From a virus: 64,000 nt of DNA. Location: IMG/VR virus record IMGVR_UViG_3300010389_000004, positions 1-64,000 of that record; one strand, given 5' to 3'. Below, piece after piece: positions 8,483 to 17,149 of this stretch. A program made the position numbers and the translations under genes. Each line of letters starts with the position of its first letter. Positions within the stretch are counted from its first letter, which is position 1. A model generated the notes under the pieces. It was not told where the DNA came from, did no database searches, and saw only the letters and a program-made list of their open reading frames with translations.

Positions 8483-9528
8483 TGTATTCAACTCACGTCG
8501 AGGTCCCCGTCGCCATCATCGGCGGAGACCACCACATCCATGCCTGGAGTCAATCGAACTACCCCACCGAGTCGGGAGCGGGGTCTAGGATTGACAGGTC
8601 GCTCGCGTCACTCCAGGAAGCGGTCAACCTTGCCCGGCAATACAAAACCAACCGCGTGATTCTCAATGGCGACCTCTTCCACACCAAGAACTCGATCCAC
8701 CCGATCGTGTTGGAAGAGACGATGCGTCTGCTTGAGCAAAACTCGGATATCTGGTTTATCCTGAATACGGGAAACCACGAGCGCCCCAACAAGCACTCAA
8801 ACCGAAGCACGTTGTCAGCTCTCGATCGCCTTGACAACTGCACGGTAATCAAGAAGCCGGTGGTTTTCGACATCGGGCTCGATGCTGCCTTCCTGCCGTA
8901 CTACAGCGATTACGCGAGCATCACCGAGCGGGTGGAAGATCTCTATGCGTGTCAGTACGCAGCAAGCTCCTCGCAAGGGTCGGTGCTGATTGCTCACTAC
9001 CCGCTGTTCGGCGCCGACATCGGCAGCATCCGCCTGGACTCAGGCCCCAAGATCGAACAGTTCCGACCGGAGCTATTCGACCTCCTGCTGTTCAGCGATA
9101 TCCACCAGCGTCAGCAGGTAGCCGGCACGGACAATGCCATCCACTTGGGAGCGACGCACGCGAACGTCTTCAGCGAGGAGAAGTACACCTGCGGGTGGTG
9201 GTTGTTGGGAGTCGACACCCGCAAAGACGTGCCGGCGATATCGGCGCTACCGACGAAAATCCCAGGGTTGCGCACCGTGTGGAGCGAGGAAGAGAAGAAG
9301 AAATACGAGTCCGAAGGGTACGTTGTAAAGCTCGCGCTTAGCGAAATCGTGAAGCAGACGCAGAGGCAGTCGGATATCGCTGCCGGCGACGTTCCGAAGA
9401 TCTCGTACACAGGCAGCCTGACAAACCTCATCTCTGAGTACGTCAGGTATAACGACGATATCCCCGACTCCATGAAACCTGGGGTTATGGCGAAGGTGAC
9501 GGAGTGTTTCCGAGGAGGACAAGCATGA
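8482..9528 (+). CDS. SbcD/Mre11-like metallophosphoesterase nuclease
   Basis: GDHH, NGDLFH, GNHE, IAH, SDIH motifs; adjacent to an SMC-like ATPase. Confidence 0.87.
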   Translation: MYSTHVEVPVAIIGGDHHIHAWSQSNYPTESGAGSRIDRSLASLQEAVNLARQYKTNRVILNGDLFHTKNSIHPIVLEETMRLLEQNSDIWFILNTGNHERPNKHSNRSTLSALDRLDNCTVIKKPVVFDIGLDAAFLPYYSDYASITERVEDLYACQYAASSSQGSVLIAHYPLFGADIGSIRLDSGPKIEQFRPELFDLLLFSDIHQRQQVAGTDNAIHLGATHANVFSEEKYTCGWWLLGVDTRKDVPAISALPTKIPGLRTVWSEEEKKKYESEGYVVKLALSEIVKQTQRQSDIAAGDVPKISYTGSLTNLISEYVRYNDDIPDSMKPGVMAKVTECFRGGQA

Positions 9529-11375
9529 GGATATACGCCTCAAACTTCAGAGGGTACGAGGAAGCCTACGCGGAGTTCGCAGGGAACCGATGCATCGTGG
9601 TGCTCGGCGAAAACCGTGATGCAGACTACGCTGCCTCAAACGCTTCGGGCAAAACCACACTCGCCCTTCATCTGGTCTCATGGGCGCTATACGGGAAATA
9701 CCCGGGACAGCGCTCTGCTGACTCGGTGATCCGTGAGGGTGAGAAGTCCTGCTCGGTGGACTGTGAGTTTCACAGTCGCGCAACAGGGCAGCACTTCAAG
9801 GTTGTTCGCAGCCGCGGGCCAAACGTCCTGACCTTCTACGTTGACGGGAGCCAGGTATCAGGGGATATCACCTCAGTCCAAAGAGCTATTGAGGAGTCCA
9901 TTGGAGTTCCTTACGACGTGTTCCACAGGGTATGTGTCTACACGGGCGACGGCTCTGCTTTCGCCAGGTTGACGGACGCTGCGCAAAAGGAAACTCTGCG
10001 GACACTGTTCCCCGTTGATTTCACCGAAGCGCTCTCAGCGGCGAAGATTCAACACCGGTTTTCGGAAGACGCGGTACTGCAAGCCCGTACCCGCGTGCAG
10101 TACATAACGGCTGAGTGCGACAAGCTGAAGGAAGATATTCAGGTTCAGCAGGCGGCTCAGGGCACTGAAGAGGCTACAAACGACTTGCTGGAGCAATGGA
10201 CGGCAGCAAGGAACGAATACCACAACCAACTCCAAGCGTTTGCCTCTACCCGCGAGGAATGGTCGAAGTATTTCAATCAGTACCAGCGGTACTTGGACTT
10301 CGAGAACAAACAGCTTGAGCAACTGGATCTTCAAATATCTCAGCGAATGCGTGACATCACCGCGATGAATGACACCACGAATCGCCTGACGCAACTACAG
10401 CAACAGCTTCACGCGCAAATCACACAAGCAAACGAATACCGGTGCCCTACCTGCAACCAAGGTCTGCCGGAAGCCACCAAGACCGAGGTCATTAACAAGT
10501 TGCGGGGTGAGTTTGAATCGGCCGCACAAAGCATTCAGCAGACGGCCGCGGCGCTTCAGGCGACGACCGCAGACCTGGAGTCACTGCGAGAAGCTCACAC
10601 GCAAGGCACACAGAGCGTTTCATTCCACAACGCGCAGTGGAAGGCAGCACGGGACGAGCACGCCCGCGTTGAACAACACGCTCGCGCATTGCAGCAAAGC
10701 TACGACCAAGCTCAGAACATGCTCGACCAGATCATGCACCAGCGCCCTGGGTCAAGCACGTTAGAGGTGCTGGTCAGCAATCTGGAAGCAAAGTCCCGCA
10801 GCTTGGCAGAGGAAACCCAGGTTTTACGAAACGAGGAAGCCAACGTGTTGGAGTGGGCTGCGGCAGTGAAGGCGTTAGGCCTCAAAGGGATCCAACACTA
10901 TGCGTTTGCCTCTCTGTGTAAACCCATCTCGGATGTTGCAAACGCCGTCCTTCAGAAGTTCTCAGAGAACCAACTCAAGGTCGAGCTGCTGAGTGAGGCT
11001 GAAGCGTCAAACGGCAAGTCATCAAAGGCAGGGCTACACGTCGCCGCCAGCAGCACCACAGGCGGTCACTGGTATTCAGAGCTTTCCCGGAGCGAGAAGG
11101 CACGGGTAGACATCGCTATCTTCCTGTCGTTGTTCGTGCTCTTCCTACCCAGAGCGAACATTGCGCCGGTACTCATCCTGGATGAGGTTGCGGACGCTAT
11201 GGATGAGATCGGCAAAGAAGATACCATTGCGGTATTGCAGGAGTTCTGTGAGACCTACGGGGTAACAGCGCTTATTACTACCAATGACGCAAGCATCACC
11301 ACCGCTGTGAGCGACTGGTACCTCTGCGTGAAGAAAGACGGAGTGTCAAGTGCCGAACGAATCCACGAGTCTTGA
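9525..11375 (+). CDS. SbcC/Rad50-like ATPase
   Basis: NASGKTT Walker A, long coiled coil with CPTC zinc hook, LILDE Walker B. Confidence 0.9.
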   Translation: MRIYASNFRGYEEAYAEFAGNRCIVVLGENRDADYAASNASGKTTLALHLVSWALYGKYPGQRSADSVIREGEKSCSVDCEFHSRATGQHFKVVRSRGPNVLTFYVDGSQVSGDITSVQRAIEESIGVPYDVFHRVCVYTGDGSAFARLTDAAQKETLRTLFPVDFTEALSAAKIQHRFSEDAVLQARTRVQYITAECDKLKEDIQVQQAAQGTEEATNDLLEQWTAARNEYHNQLQAFASTREEWSKYFNQYQRYLDFENKQLEQLDLQISQRMRDITAMNDTTNRLTQLQQQLHAQITQANEYRCPTCNQGLPEATKTEVINKLRGEFESAAQSIQQTAAALQATTADLESLREAHTQGTQSVSFHNAQWKAARDEHARVEQHARALQQSYDQAQNMLDQIMHQRPGSSTLEVLVSNLEAKSRSLAEETQVLRNEEANVLEWAAAVKALGLKGIQHYAFASLCKPISDVANAVLQKFSENQLKVELLSEAEASNGKSSKAGLHVAASSTTGGHWYSELSRSEKARVDIAIFLSLFVLFLPRANIAPVLILDEVADAMDEIGKEDTIAVLQEFCETYGVTALITTNDASITTAVSDWYLCVKKDGVSSAERIHES

Positions 11376-11802
11376 AATACACAATGACACCACCTTCTTC
11401 CTCACATACTTCCTGCTCTCAGGGCACTCCGGGAAAGTTGAGGCGGTAAATCGAAACCCGCTGAGGGTTTTCCAAGAGCCGTCGCTTTGGGTGACTGTGG
11501 AAGACCGTCTGCACCTGCGTAGAGATCAGATCGCCTATGCTTTCTGCCACAACGACGCGGAGCTGCCCCCTCAGATCGCGCTGCTGGCGCAAGAGGGCGT
11601 ACCTTACTTCCAAGGCAAAGGATACCGGTACCACTTCAACCTCAACACAGGTAAGCGGGTCTCTCTGCCGTCGTTCTTCAAGCTTGCGCCTCAGCACCTG
11701 AATTTCGACTGGCTTGCCTTGGAATATGGCTACATCAACATGTCGATCGTGGAAAGCGTAATGTGCGTCGACGAAGAGTTTGATCCAGGAGATCAGTGGT
11801 AA
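11350..11802 (+). CDS. Hypothetical protein
   Basis: Fills operon gap; start codon uncertain. Confidence 0.6.
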   Translation: MPNESTSLEIHNDTTFFLTYFLLSGHSGKVEAVNRNPLRVFQEPSLWVTVEDRLHLRRDQIAYAFCHNDAELPPQIALLAQEGVPYFQGKGYRYHFNLNTGKRVSLPSFFKLAPQHLNFDWLALEYGYINMSIVESVMCVDEEFDPGDQW

Positions 11803-12581
11803 TGCCAACCCCTATCGTAAACATCAAAGGCATCGTCGGAATTGACAGCGGGTTTGCCACCCAGGGTGTGTGCTGTATCGGCTTCAGCCGCGGCCCCACC
11901 ATTCTTCACGTCGCCTCAACGGTAGCCACCGCCAAGAAGGGCGTGGATGACGTCATCCCTCGGATGAAAGCTCAGATTGCCGTAGCCAAGCAGCAAGTCG
12001 AGATGCTCCAGAGTCTCCCTGGCGACGGGGTGGTTCTGGTAGGCCGCGAGACGTGGGCAGCAGCCGGCGGAGTGAAGAACGCGAAGACGGGCTACCTTCG
12101 TGGGTGGTACGACGGCTTGCTTGTTGACTGCTTGGAACGAATCGGCGCGTTCCCTGTTGACGTCACACCAACCAACACGTCAATGCTCTCCAACCCTGGG
12201 GGTATGGTGCTGCGTGGCAAGAAGTCCTCCCCGCCGGCGGAAGTGGCCGCCTTCCTGGAGAGCAGCTACAAGCAATTCATCCACAACCTGTCCGCGCACA
12301 TGTTGAGTGACCCTGGCGGCCCCTATGGGAATGTCCTGAACCTCACGCAAGAGGGGTGGGTTCCGTCAAAGTCAAAAAGCCACCTGAGCCACGGGGTGGA
12401 CGCAACGGTGATCGCCATCGCTCTTCTTGCCAGCACCATCGCCCCAGCTATGATGAGACTACGCGGTCCAAGACAGGTGCAGGTAGTCGAGTCGTTGTAT
12501 GCCCAAATCATCAACAAATTCAATGCTGGACAACCAGCGAGCTTCCTACCTTGCGACCAGGCTTCAGGACGTGACGCTTGA
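11802..12581 (+). CDS. RuvC-like Holliday junction resolvase
   Basis: IVGIDSG (catalytic D), GRE, HGVDATVIA motifs in a recombination operon. Confidence 0.65.
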   Translation: MPTPIVNIKGIVGIDSGFATQGVCCIGFSRGPTILHVASTVATAKKGVDDVIPRMKAQIAVAKQQVEMLQSLPGDGVVLVGRETWAAAGGVKNAKTGYLRGWYDGLLVDCLERIGAFPVDVTPTNTSMLSNPGGMVLRGKKSSPPAEVAAFLESSYKQFIHNLSAHMLSDPGGPYGNVLNLTQEGWVPSKSKSHLSHGVDATVIAIALLASTIAPAMMRLRGPRQVQVVESLYAQIINKFNAGQPASFLPCDQASGRDA

Positions 12582-13299
12582 TCAACCTGAAGAGAACGCT
12601 CTCCAACAGGAGTTCTGGGAACTCCTAACCCCTAAGTTCATGCCGGCGACGATTCGGCACTTCTCCGGGAACCTCCGCGATGACCAGGTGGAAGACCTGG
12701 TTTCCGACATCTTCCATAAGCTGTGTTCCCGCATCTACGACTTCTCCCCCAGTAAGGGGACGTTCTTCAATTGGGCTGTCACCGCCATTCGAAATCACTG
12801 CATCGACGTCGCACGAAAGCGCGGGGCAGTGTCTGAGTCCGCGGGAGGGTTCACGTTAGAGCGGATCCCCAGCATGACCACCGACCCCGACTCAGAAGAC
12901 TCAGCGTCCGCGTCCACGTTGTTCCTGACCCGAGTCATCCGCCGACTGCCTTTCGAGCTGCACTCATGGCAAGTCATGGAGATCATCTCGATCGCCCACA
13001 GACACAAACTCCGCACCACCGATGTCTGCGTGAAGAAGATTACCGCGGCGCTCAAGTCTTGGGGAATCGACATCACGGACTTCGGTGTCCCAAAGTCCGT
13101 GTGCGAGGGGATATTCATGGTATTCAGGATTCAGCTTATGGCTGACCAGCCTGAGTTCTTCGGCCAGGTCATGCAGAAGCTTGCGGGGTGGGGAGGGTTT
13201 GACCAAACCCGAGCCTTGGTCGATGAGTTTGGGGCAGAGCTTGTCTGCCGGCTGGTGTTGGCGGCCGGCGGTGAAAAGATTTCCCTGCCTAAACCCTAA
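12523..13299 (+). CDS. Sigma70/ECF-like factor (region 2) with atypical C-terminus
   Basis: VEDLVSDIFHKL...FSPSKGTFFNWAVTAIRNHCIDVARK; start uncertain (12499, 12523 or later). Confidence 0.75.
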   Translation: MLDNQRASYLATRLQDVTLDQPEENALQQEFWELLTPKFMPATIRHFSGNLRDDQVEDLVSDIFHKLCSRIYDFSPSKGTFFNWAVTAIRNHCIDVARKRGAVSESAGGFTLERIPSMTTDPDSEDSASASTLFLTRVIRRLPFELHSWQVMEIISIAHRHKLRTTDVCVKKITAALKSWGIDITDFGVPKSVCEGIFMVFRIQLMADQPEFFGQVMQKLAGWGGFDQTRALVDEFGAELVCRLVLAAGGEKISLPKP

Positions 13300-13304
13300 G
13301 TCTA

Positions 13305-14609
13305 CTAAAACAGAGGCATGAACGCGTTGGAGATCTCTCCCCACGCGTTGAACTGACAGCACGGCACCAGTTCGTGCAGGTTGGCTGTCACGCACTCATA
13401 CTGCAAAACACCCACAGGGCGTGAGAGTGCGTAGTTCTCCGTGCCGTCAGCCGTCCACGACGGCGTACCCAACCCGCCTGAGTCAAACTGAAGCATCTCA
13501 GTTGTCAGGGTAGGGCTATCGGCTGACTCAAACGTAACCCCAAGCGTAGGGTCGGCTACCCCTTCCGCCATGAGATCCAGCGAGTAGATAGCTCGGGCTC
13601 CTGAAGGCCACCCGATCGTGTCGACGTCCGCCCGCTGGAATAGCTTCGGCGATGGGATCTCAGCGTACACATCTGGAGGGTTGGACGAACTCATCATGTC
13701 TTTTGAAGAAGACACCATCAGGGAGCGCTGAGCGTGCTGCCAGGCATGGCAGTAATACCGCTCAGCCACAGCCGCCGTGTAAGGCAGCAAAGAAGGCGCC
13801 GGCGAATCGGCTCGACGGCGTGGGTTCGCACTGGCGTAGAGTGAGTGAATCTTCAGAGCAAAAGAATTCGCGCTCTCCAGCAGCACACCAATCTCGAAGT
13901 AGGTTGCATTCTCCGAGGGCACTACAGTAAGCACCTCAGTTACCTCGGTTCCGTTTGCGAACGTCGTAACTGATTGCTCCTCGACTCGCGTCTCGCCAGA
14001 CACCGTGTCGTTCCACGCAGCGTACAGCCGACCCCAGCCGCTCTCGATCGTGGTGTACCGGATCGAGATCGTGATGGTCTTTCCTGCCCACATCTCTGGC
14101 GGCGCGTGGAAGGAAACGGGCTGGAAGATTACAGGCAGCTCTTCGTTCGGCAGGTCCACCGTGCGAGTACCGCTGGAGAATGCGAAAGAAGCAGAGTAGT
14201 CGCCAGAATCTTGAGTGCCCGGAGTACCGGCGGCGGCCAGCAGATCCTTCTGGATGAACCACCCGACGAATTGCGTGGGAACGTATTCCGTCCCGCCAGA
14301 CCCGACGACGCCTGTCAACCCACCTGTCCCCAGGTTTTGGAAACCACTGGTTGCCACCAAGCCCGACGCAAGCGGGAAGCTCTGCGCTTTCGAGAGCAGA
14401 TTCAGCCAACGCGTAATTCGGAAGTCACCATTCACCTCAAGCGTGGGCGGGTGGTTGAGGTCTTGCACGTTGGTGGCAGAAGAAAACTCGGAATAGATAG
14501 CCTGCATCGCCGAGGTGATCTTCGTGAAATTCCCGTTGATGTCGTTGACGTAGTTCCCCGCGTCAATGGGGTTTGCAAGCGCATTTGCGCCGACTAGTGG
14601 CGTTGGCAT
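13305..14609 (-). CDS. Tail-tip/receptor-binding-like structural protein
   Basis: Last gene of tail operon; beta-rich segment (WAGKTITISIRY) resembling a carbohydrate-binding module. Confidence 0.55.
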   Translation of the reverse strand: MPTPLVGANALANPIDAGNYVNDINGNFTKITSAMQAIYSEFSSATNVQDLNHPPTLEVNGDFRITRWLNLLSKAQSFPLASGLVATSGFQNLGTGGLTGVVGSGGTEYVPTQFVGWFIQKDLLAAAGTPGTQDSGDYSASFAFSSGTRTVDLPNEELPVIFQPVSFHAPPEMWAGKTITISIRYTTIESGWGRLYAAWNDTVSGETRVEEQSVTTFANGTEVTEVLTVVPSENATYFEIGVLLESANSFALKIHSLYASANPRRRADSPAPSLLPYTAAVAERYYCHAWQHAQRSLMVSSSKDMMSSSNPPDVYAEIPSPKLFQRADVDTIGWPSGARAIYSLDLMAEGVADPTLGVTFESADSPTLTTEMLQFDSGGLGTPSWTADGTENYALSRPVGVLQYECVTANLHELVPCCQFNAWGEISNAFMPLF

Positions 14610-14618
14610 CGGTTTCTC

Positions 14619-15365
14619 CTACACACAGACAACAGTCAGTTCTCTCAAGCCCCAGCTCGATGTGCCGACGCCCCACCCTGTCGGTGAAGCTCCCCATCTC
14701 CAGCGAGGATCAGTCCAAGGCACCAGTTGGTCTTCTTGACGGCAGCGGAGCGTTCCGGTTGACCCACCCCGGGGCGCGTCAGGAAGGTACAAGTACCCCG
14801 GCCAGTAGTCGCTCCCGTGGGCGTAAACGAGAGGATCTACCATGATCAGGTCAGAGGCCGACAAAGCAGGCTGACCGATGGTCGCACGGTACGCGTTCAA
14901 TCCTGTCTGGACGGCAGAGGTCAGCGAGTCAAAACGAACGATCTCCACCCCAAACACATAGGATAGGTCAACCCCTCCGACGTCGTGCATGGGGTAGTAA
15001 TCGACAGGGTACGGAACGGAGTCGGGGGTGATTGAGGCTCTACCGACCACCGTGTATTTACCGAGCGCGTCACGCCGAAGCTGTACGGGGATCTTCTCAG
15101 CATCTGCGATGAGCTGCTGCGCTTGGTTAGTCACCAAGACGTCTCGCACTACCTTGCGGGTATCGTCCTGCAAACGCACGTTCACCACAAACGTAGCCAC
15201 GGTCGGCTGACCCGGAAGAGCGTCTTCAGGCATCGTTTTGATGCGCGGGGTTTCCGTGGTTGTGCCGAGTACGATGTCCTGCTTCGCGTCGATCGCGTTC
15301 TTGGCGATCCGCTCGATCTGCTTACGCTGGTGCTGCTGACGCTGCGCTGGAGACTGTGTGTTCAT
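14619..15365 (-). CDS. Putative tail-tip protein
   Basis: ATGA-coupled to the hub-like gene; position in tail operon. Confidence 0.55.
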   Translation of the reverse strand: MNTQSPAQRQQHQRKQIERIAKNAIDAKQDIVLGTTTETPRIKTMPEDALPGQPTVATFVVNVRLQDDTRKVVRDVLVTNQAQQLIADAEKIPVQLRRDALGKYTVVGRASITPDSVPYPVDYYPMHDVGGVDLSYVFGVEIVRFDSLTSAVQTGLNAYRATIGQPALSASDLIMVDPLVYAHGSDYWPGYLYLPDAPRGGSTGTLRCRQEDQLVPWTDPRWRWGASPTGWGVGTSSWGLRELTVVCV

Positions 15366-17149
15366 GCTGGCACTCTGTAAACAGTGAGCGTCATAGACGC
15401 TTCGTTTTCTCGGAACAACTCACGCGAGATGCTCTTGACCTTGTATTTGAACCCTGTGTCCGAATCCTGAATGATATCGCCCGGCTCAAGCAGAATATCC
15501 CTGCGCAGCTTTATAGTGCGCTCAGCTTGTTCCGCCAGACGGATCACGAGCTCATTTCGAGCAAACGTCCGGCAACCGGGGTTCGTGATCTCAGGGTGCG
15601 TCGGCGTAATGGCCGGCACGATCGAGTCTTCTAAGCTCGACAGGATGGTGTTCTTGATTTCCTCCGTGCGGCGTTCCCACTCCCTGAAAGGTCCAGTACC
15701 TGGAACCAGGGAGTTGAAATTGGAGATCACTGCGTCAGCGCGGAGTTCCTTGTAGACCGTCTCGTAGGGAACTCCGTGGATCTCAAAAGAGAAATTCCCG
15801 ATCTGTTGGAGCACCCAAAGCGCTGAGATGAGGATGGCAGAGGAGGCAAGATCCTTTGAGGCGTTCCCAGGGTTTGCTGTAGCTTGACCTCCAGGCGTAC
15901 CCGTCTCCAAGTAGGTCTTATAGAGAGCCGCGGTGTAGACGGCGCCGCCATACGCAGAGAAGAACCCCAAGAGAAGGGCAACCGACAGGAACACATCGTT
16001 TTCAATGCTCGCGTGGTACTTGGTCTCAGACACGGCTTCAAAGAACGGGTCGCTGATGAGTCCCTGAATGAAACCGTCCACCGTGAAGTTCTCGAAGGTG
16101 GGAGACTGTACTGTCACTCCGTTGCCGTCTACTACCGTACCGACCTTGACTCGGTAAGACTCGTTACCGTCCCCACCCCAGGTCTCACGGAAATCCATCC
16201 TGCTATCGAAGAAGCCGAACGTCCCCTGGTACGTCGAGAGCTTCTGCTTGGGTTTTGGAATCTCCGACAGGTTCTTATCCAGCCCCAAAACTGTGACGGC
16301 GTTGATGGTGTCGTAAGCCCCGCTGTTCTGCGAGATACTCACCACCTCAATCCCGGATACCTCGCGGGAGACAGGACTATCAATTCGTCGAGAGATGAAT
16401 TTCAGCTTGCCCTCGCCGTTGAACCACGGAGACAGGTGCAGTACCTGCCCAAGCATCCCAATGGCTTCCAAAGGAGAAGTCTGCACGACTTGAAGCTGCT
16501 TCTCGATACGGTAGGGCTCGACACCGATTAGCACCTCGTCGCCTTCAAGCCCCATCCCCCAGGCGGTGTCGGTGGCGATCTCTCTGGCGATCGAGCCGAC
16601 GTCATCGTACCCATCTCGAAACGCGTAAACGCTATCGGGGTTATTAGCGCTATTCGGGAGCCATACCCCCTCGGTGGTGATCTCCCAGTCCACATACTGT
16701 TGGTCACGCGAGGTGAACGTCACCTGGGTTGTGCGCTCATTGCCGCGCTCTGTTTTCCCAGGAATTACCCCGGCCGCTCCGGGGATGATCTCTTCGGATG
16801 CTGTGGGGGTTTGGACGCTCCACCCTGTGAAGGTGCAGACCCATTGGTCTTCGGGCACCTTTGTGTCGCCCTCATAGATTTTGATGATGCAGTTATAGAA
16901 CAGCGCAGGGTGCAACCCATTGAGGACCAACGCAATACTCAACGAGGAGCTGTCCGACTGCATGTCCAGGTTCAAAGAGGCTGACCGCACGCGCGAGGTG
17001 ATGTCGAGCGGCGTCTGCATTGCAGTGCCTCTCACGATGTCGCTGTCCGTGTCACTTAGCCGGCTGTAGATCACCGCACGAAAATCAGGGCAGTGGTCAG
17101 ATGCCCTGATTCGTTGATCGAGTGCGGTTGCCAGGTATGAGGTCAGCAT
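15362..17149 (-). CDS. Putative tail hub / baseplate (Tal/gp27-like) protein
   Basis: DITSRVRSASL, WFNGEGKLKF, INAVTVLG, LEPGDII patterns; one hydrophobic segment. Confidence 0.6.
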   Translation of the reverse strand: MLTSYLATALDQRIRASDHCPDFRAVIYSRLSDTDSDIVRGTAMQTPLDITSRVRSASLNLDMQSDSSSLSIALVLNGLHPALFYNCIIKIYEGDTKVPEDQWVCTFTGWSVQTPTASEEIIPGAAGVIPGKTERGNERTTQVTFTSRDQQYVDWEITTEGVWLPNSANNPDSVYAFRDGYDDVGSIAREIATDTAWGMGLEGDEVLIGVEPYRIEKQLQVVQTSPLEAIGMLGQVLHLSPWFNGEGKLKFISRRIDSPVSREVSGIEVVSISQNSGAYDTINAVTVLGLDKNLSEIPKPKQKLSTYQGTFGFFDSRMDFRETWGGDGNESYRVKVGTVVDGNGVTVQSPTFENFTVDGFIQGLISDPFFEAVSETKYHASIENDVFLSVALLLGFFSAYGGAVYTAALYKTYLETGTPGGQATANPGNASKDLASSAILISALWVLQQIGNFSFEIHGVPYETVYKELRADAVISNFNSLVPGTGPFREWERRTEEIKNTILSSLEDSIVPAITPTHPEITNPGCRTFARNELVIRLAEQAERTIKLRRDILLEPGDIIQDSDTGFKYKVKSISRELFRENEASMTLTVYRVPA

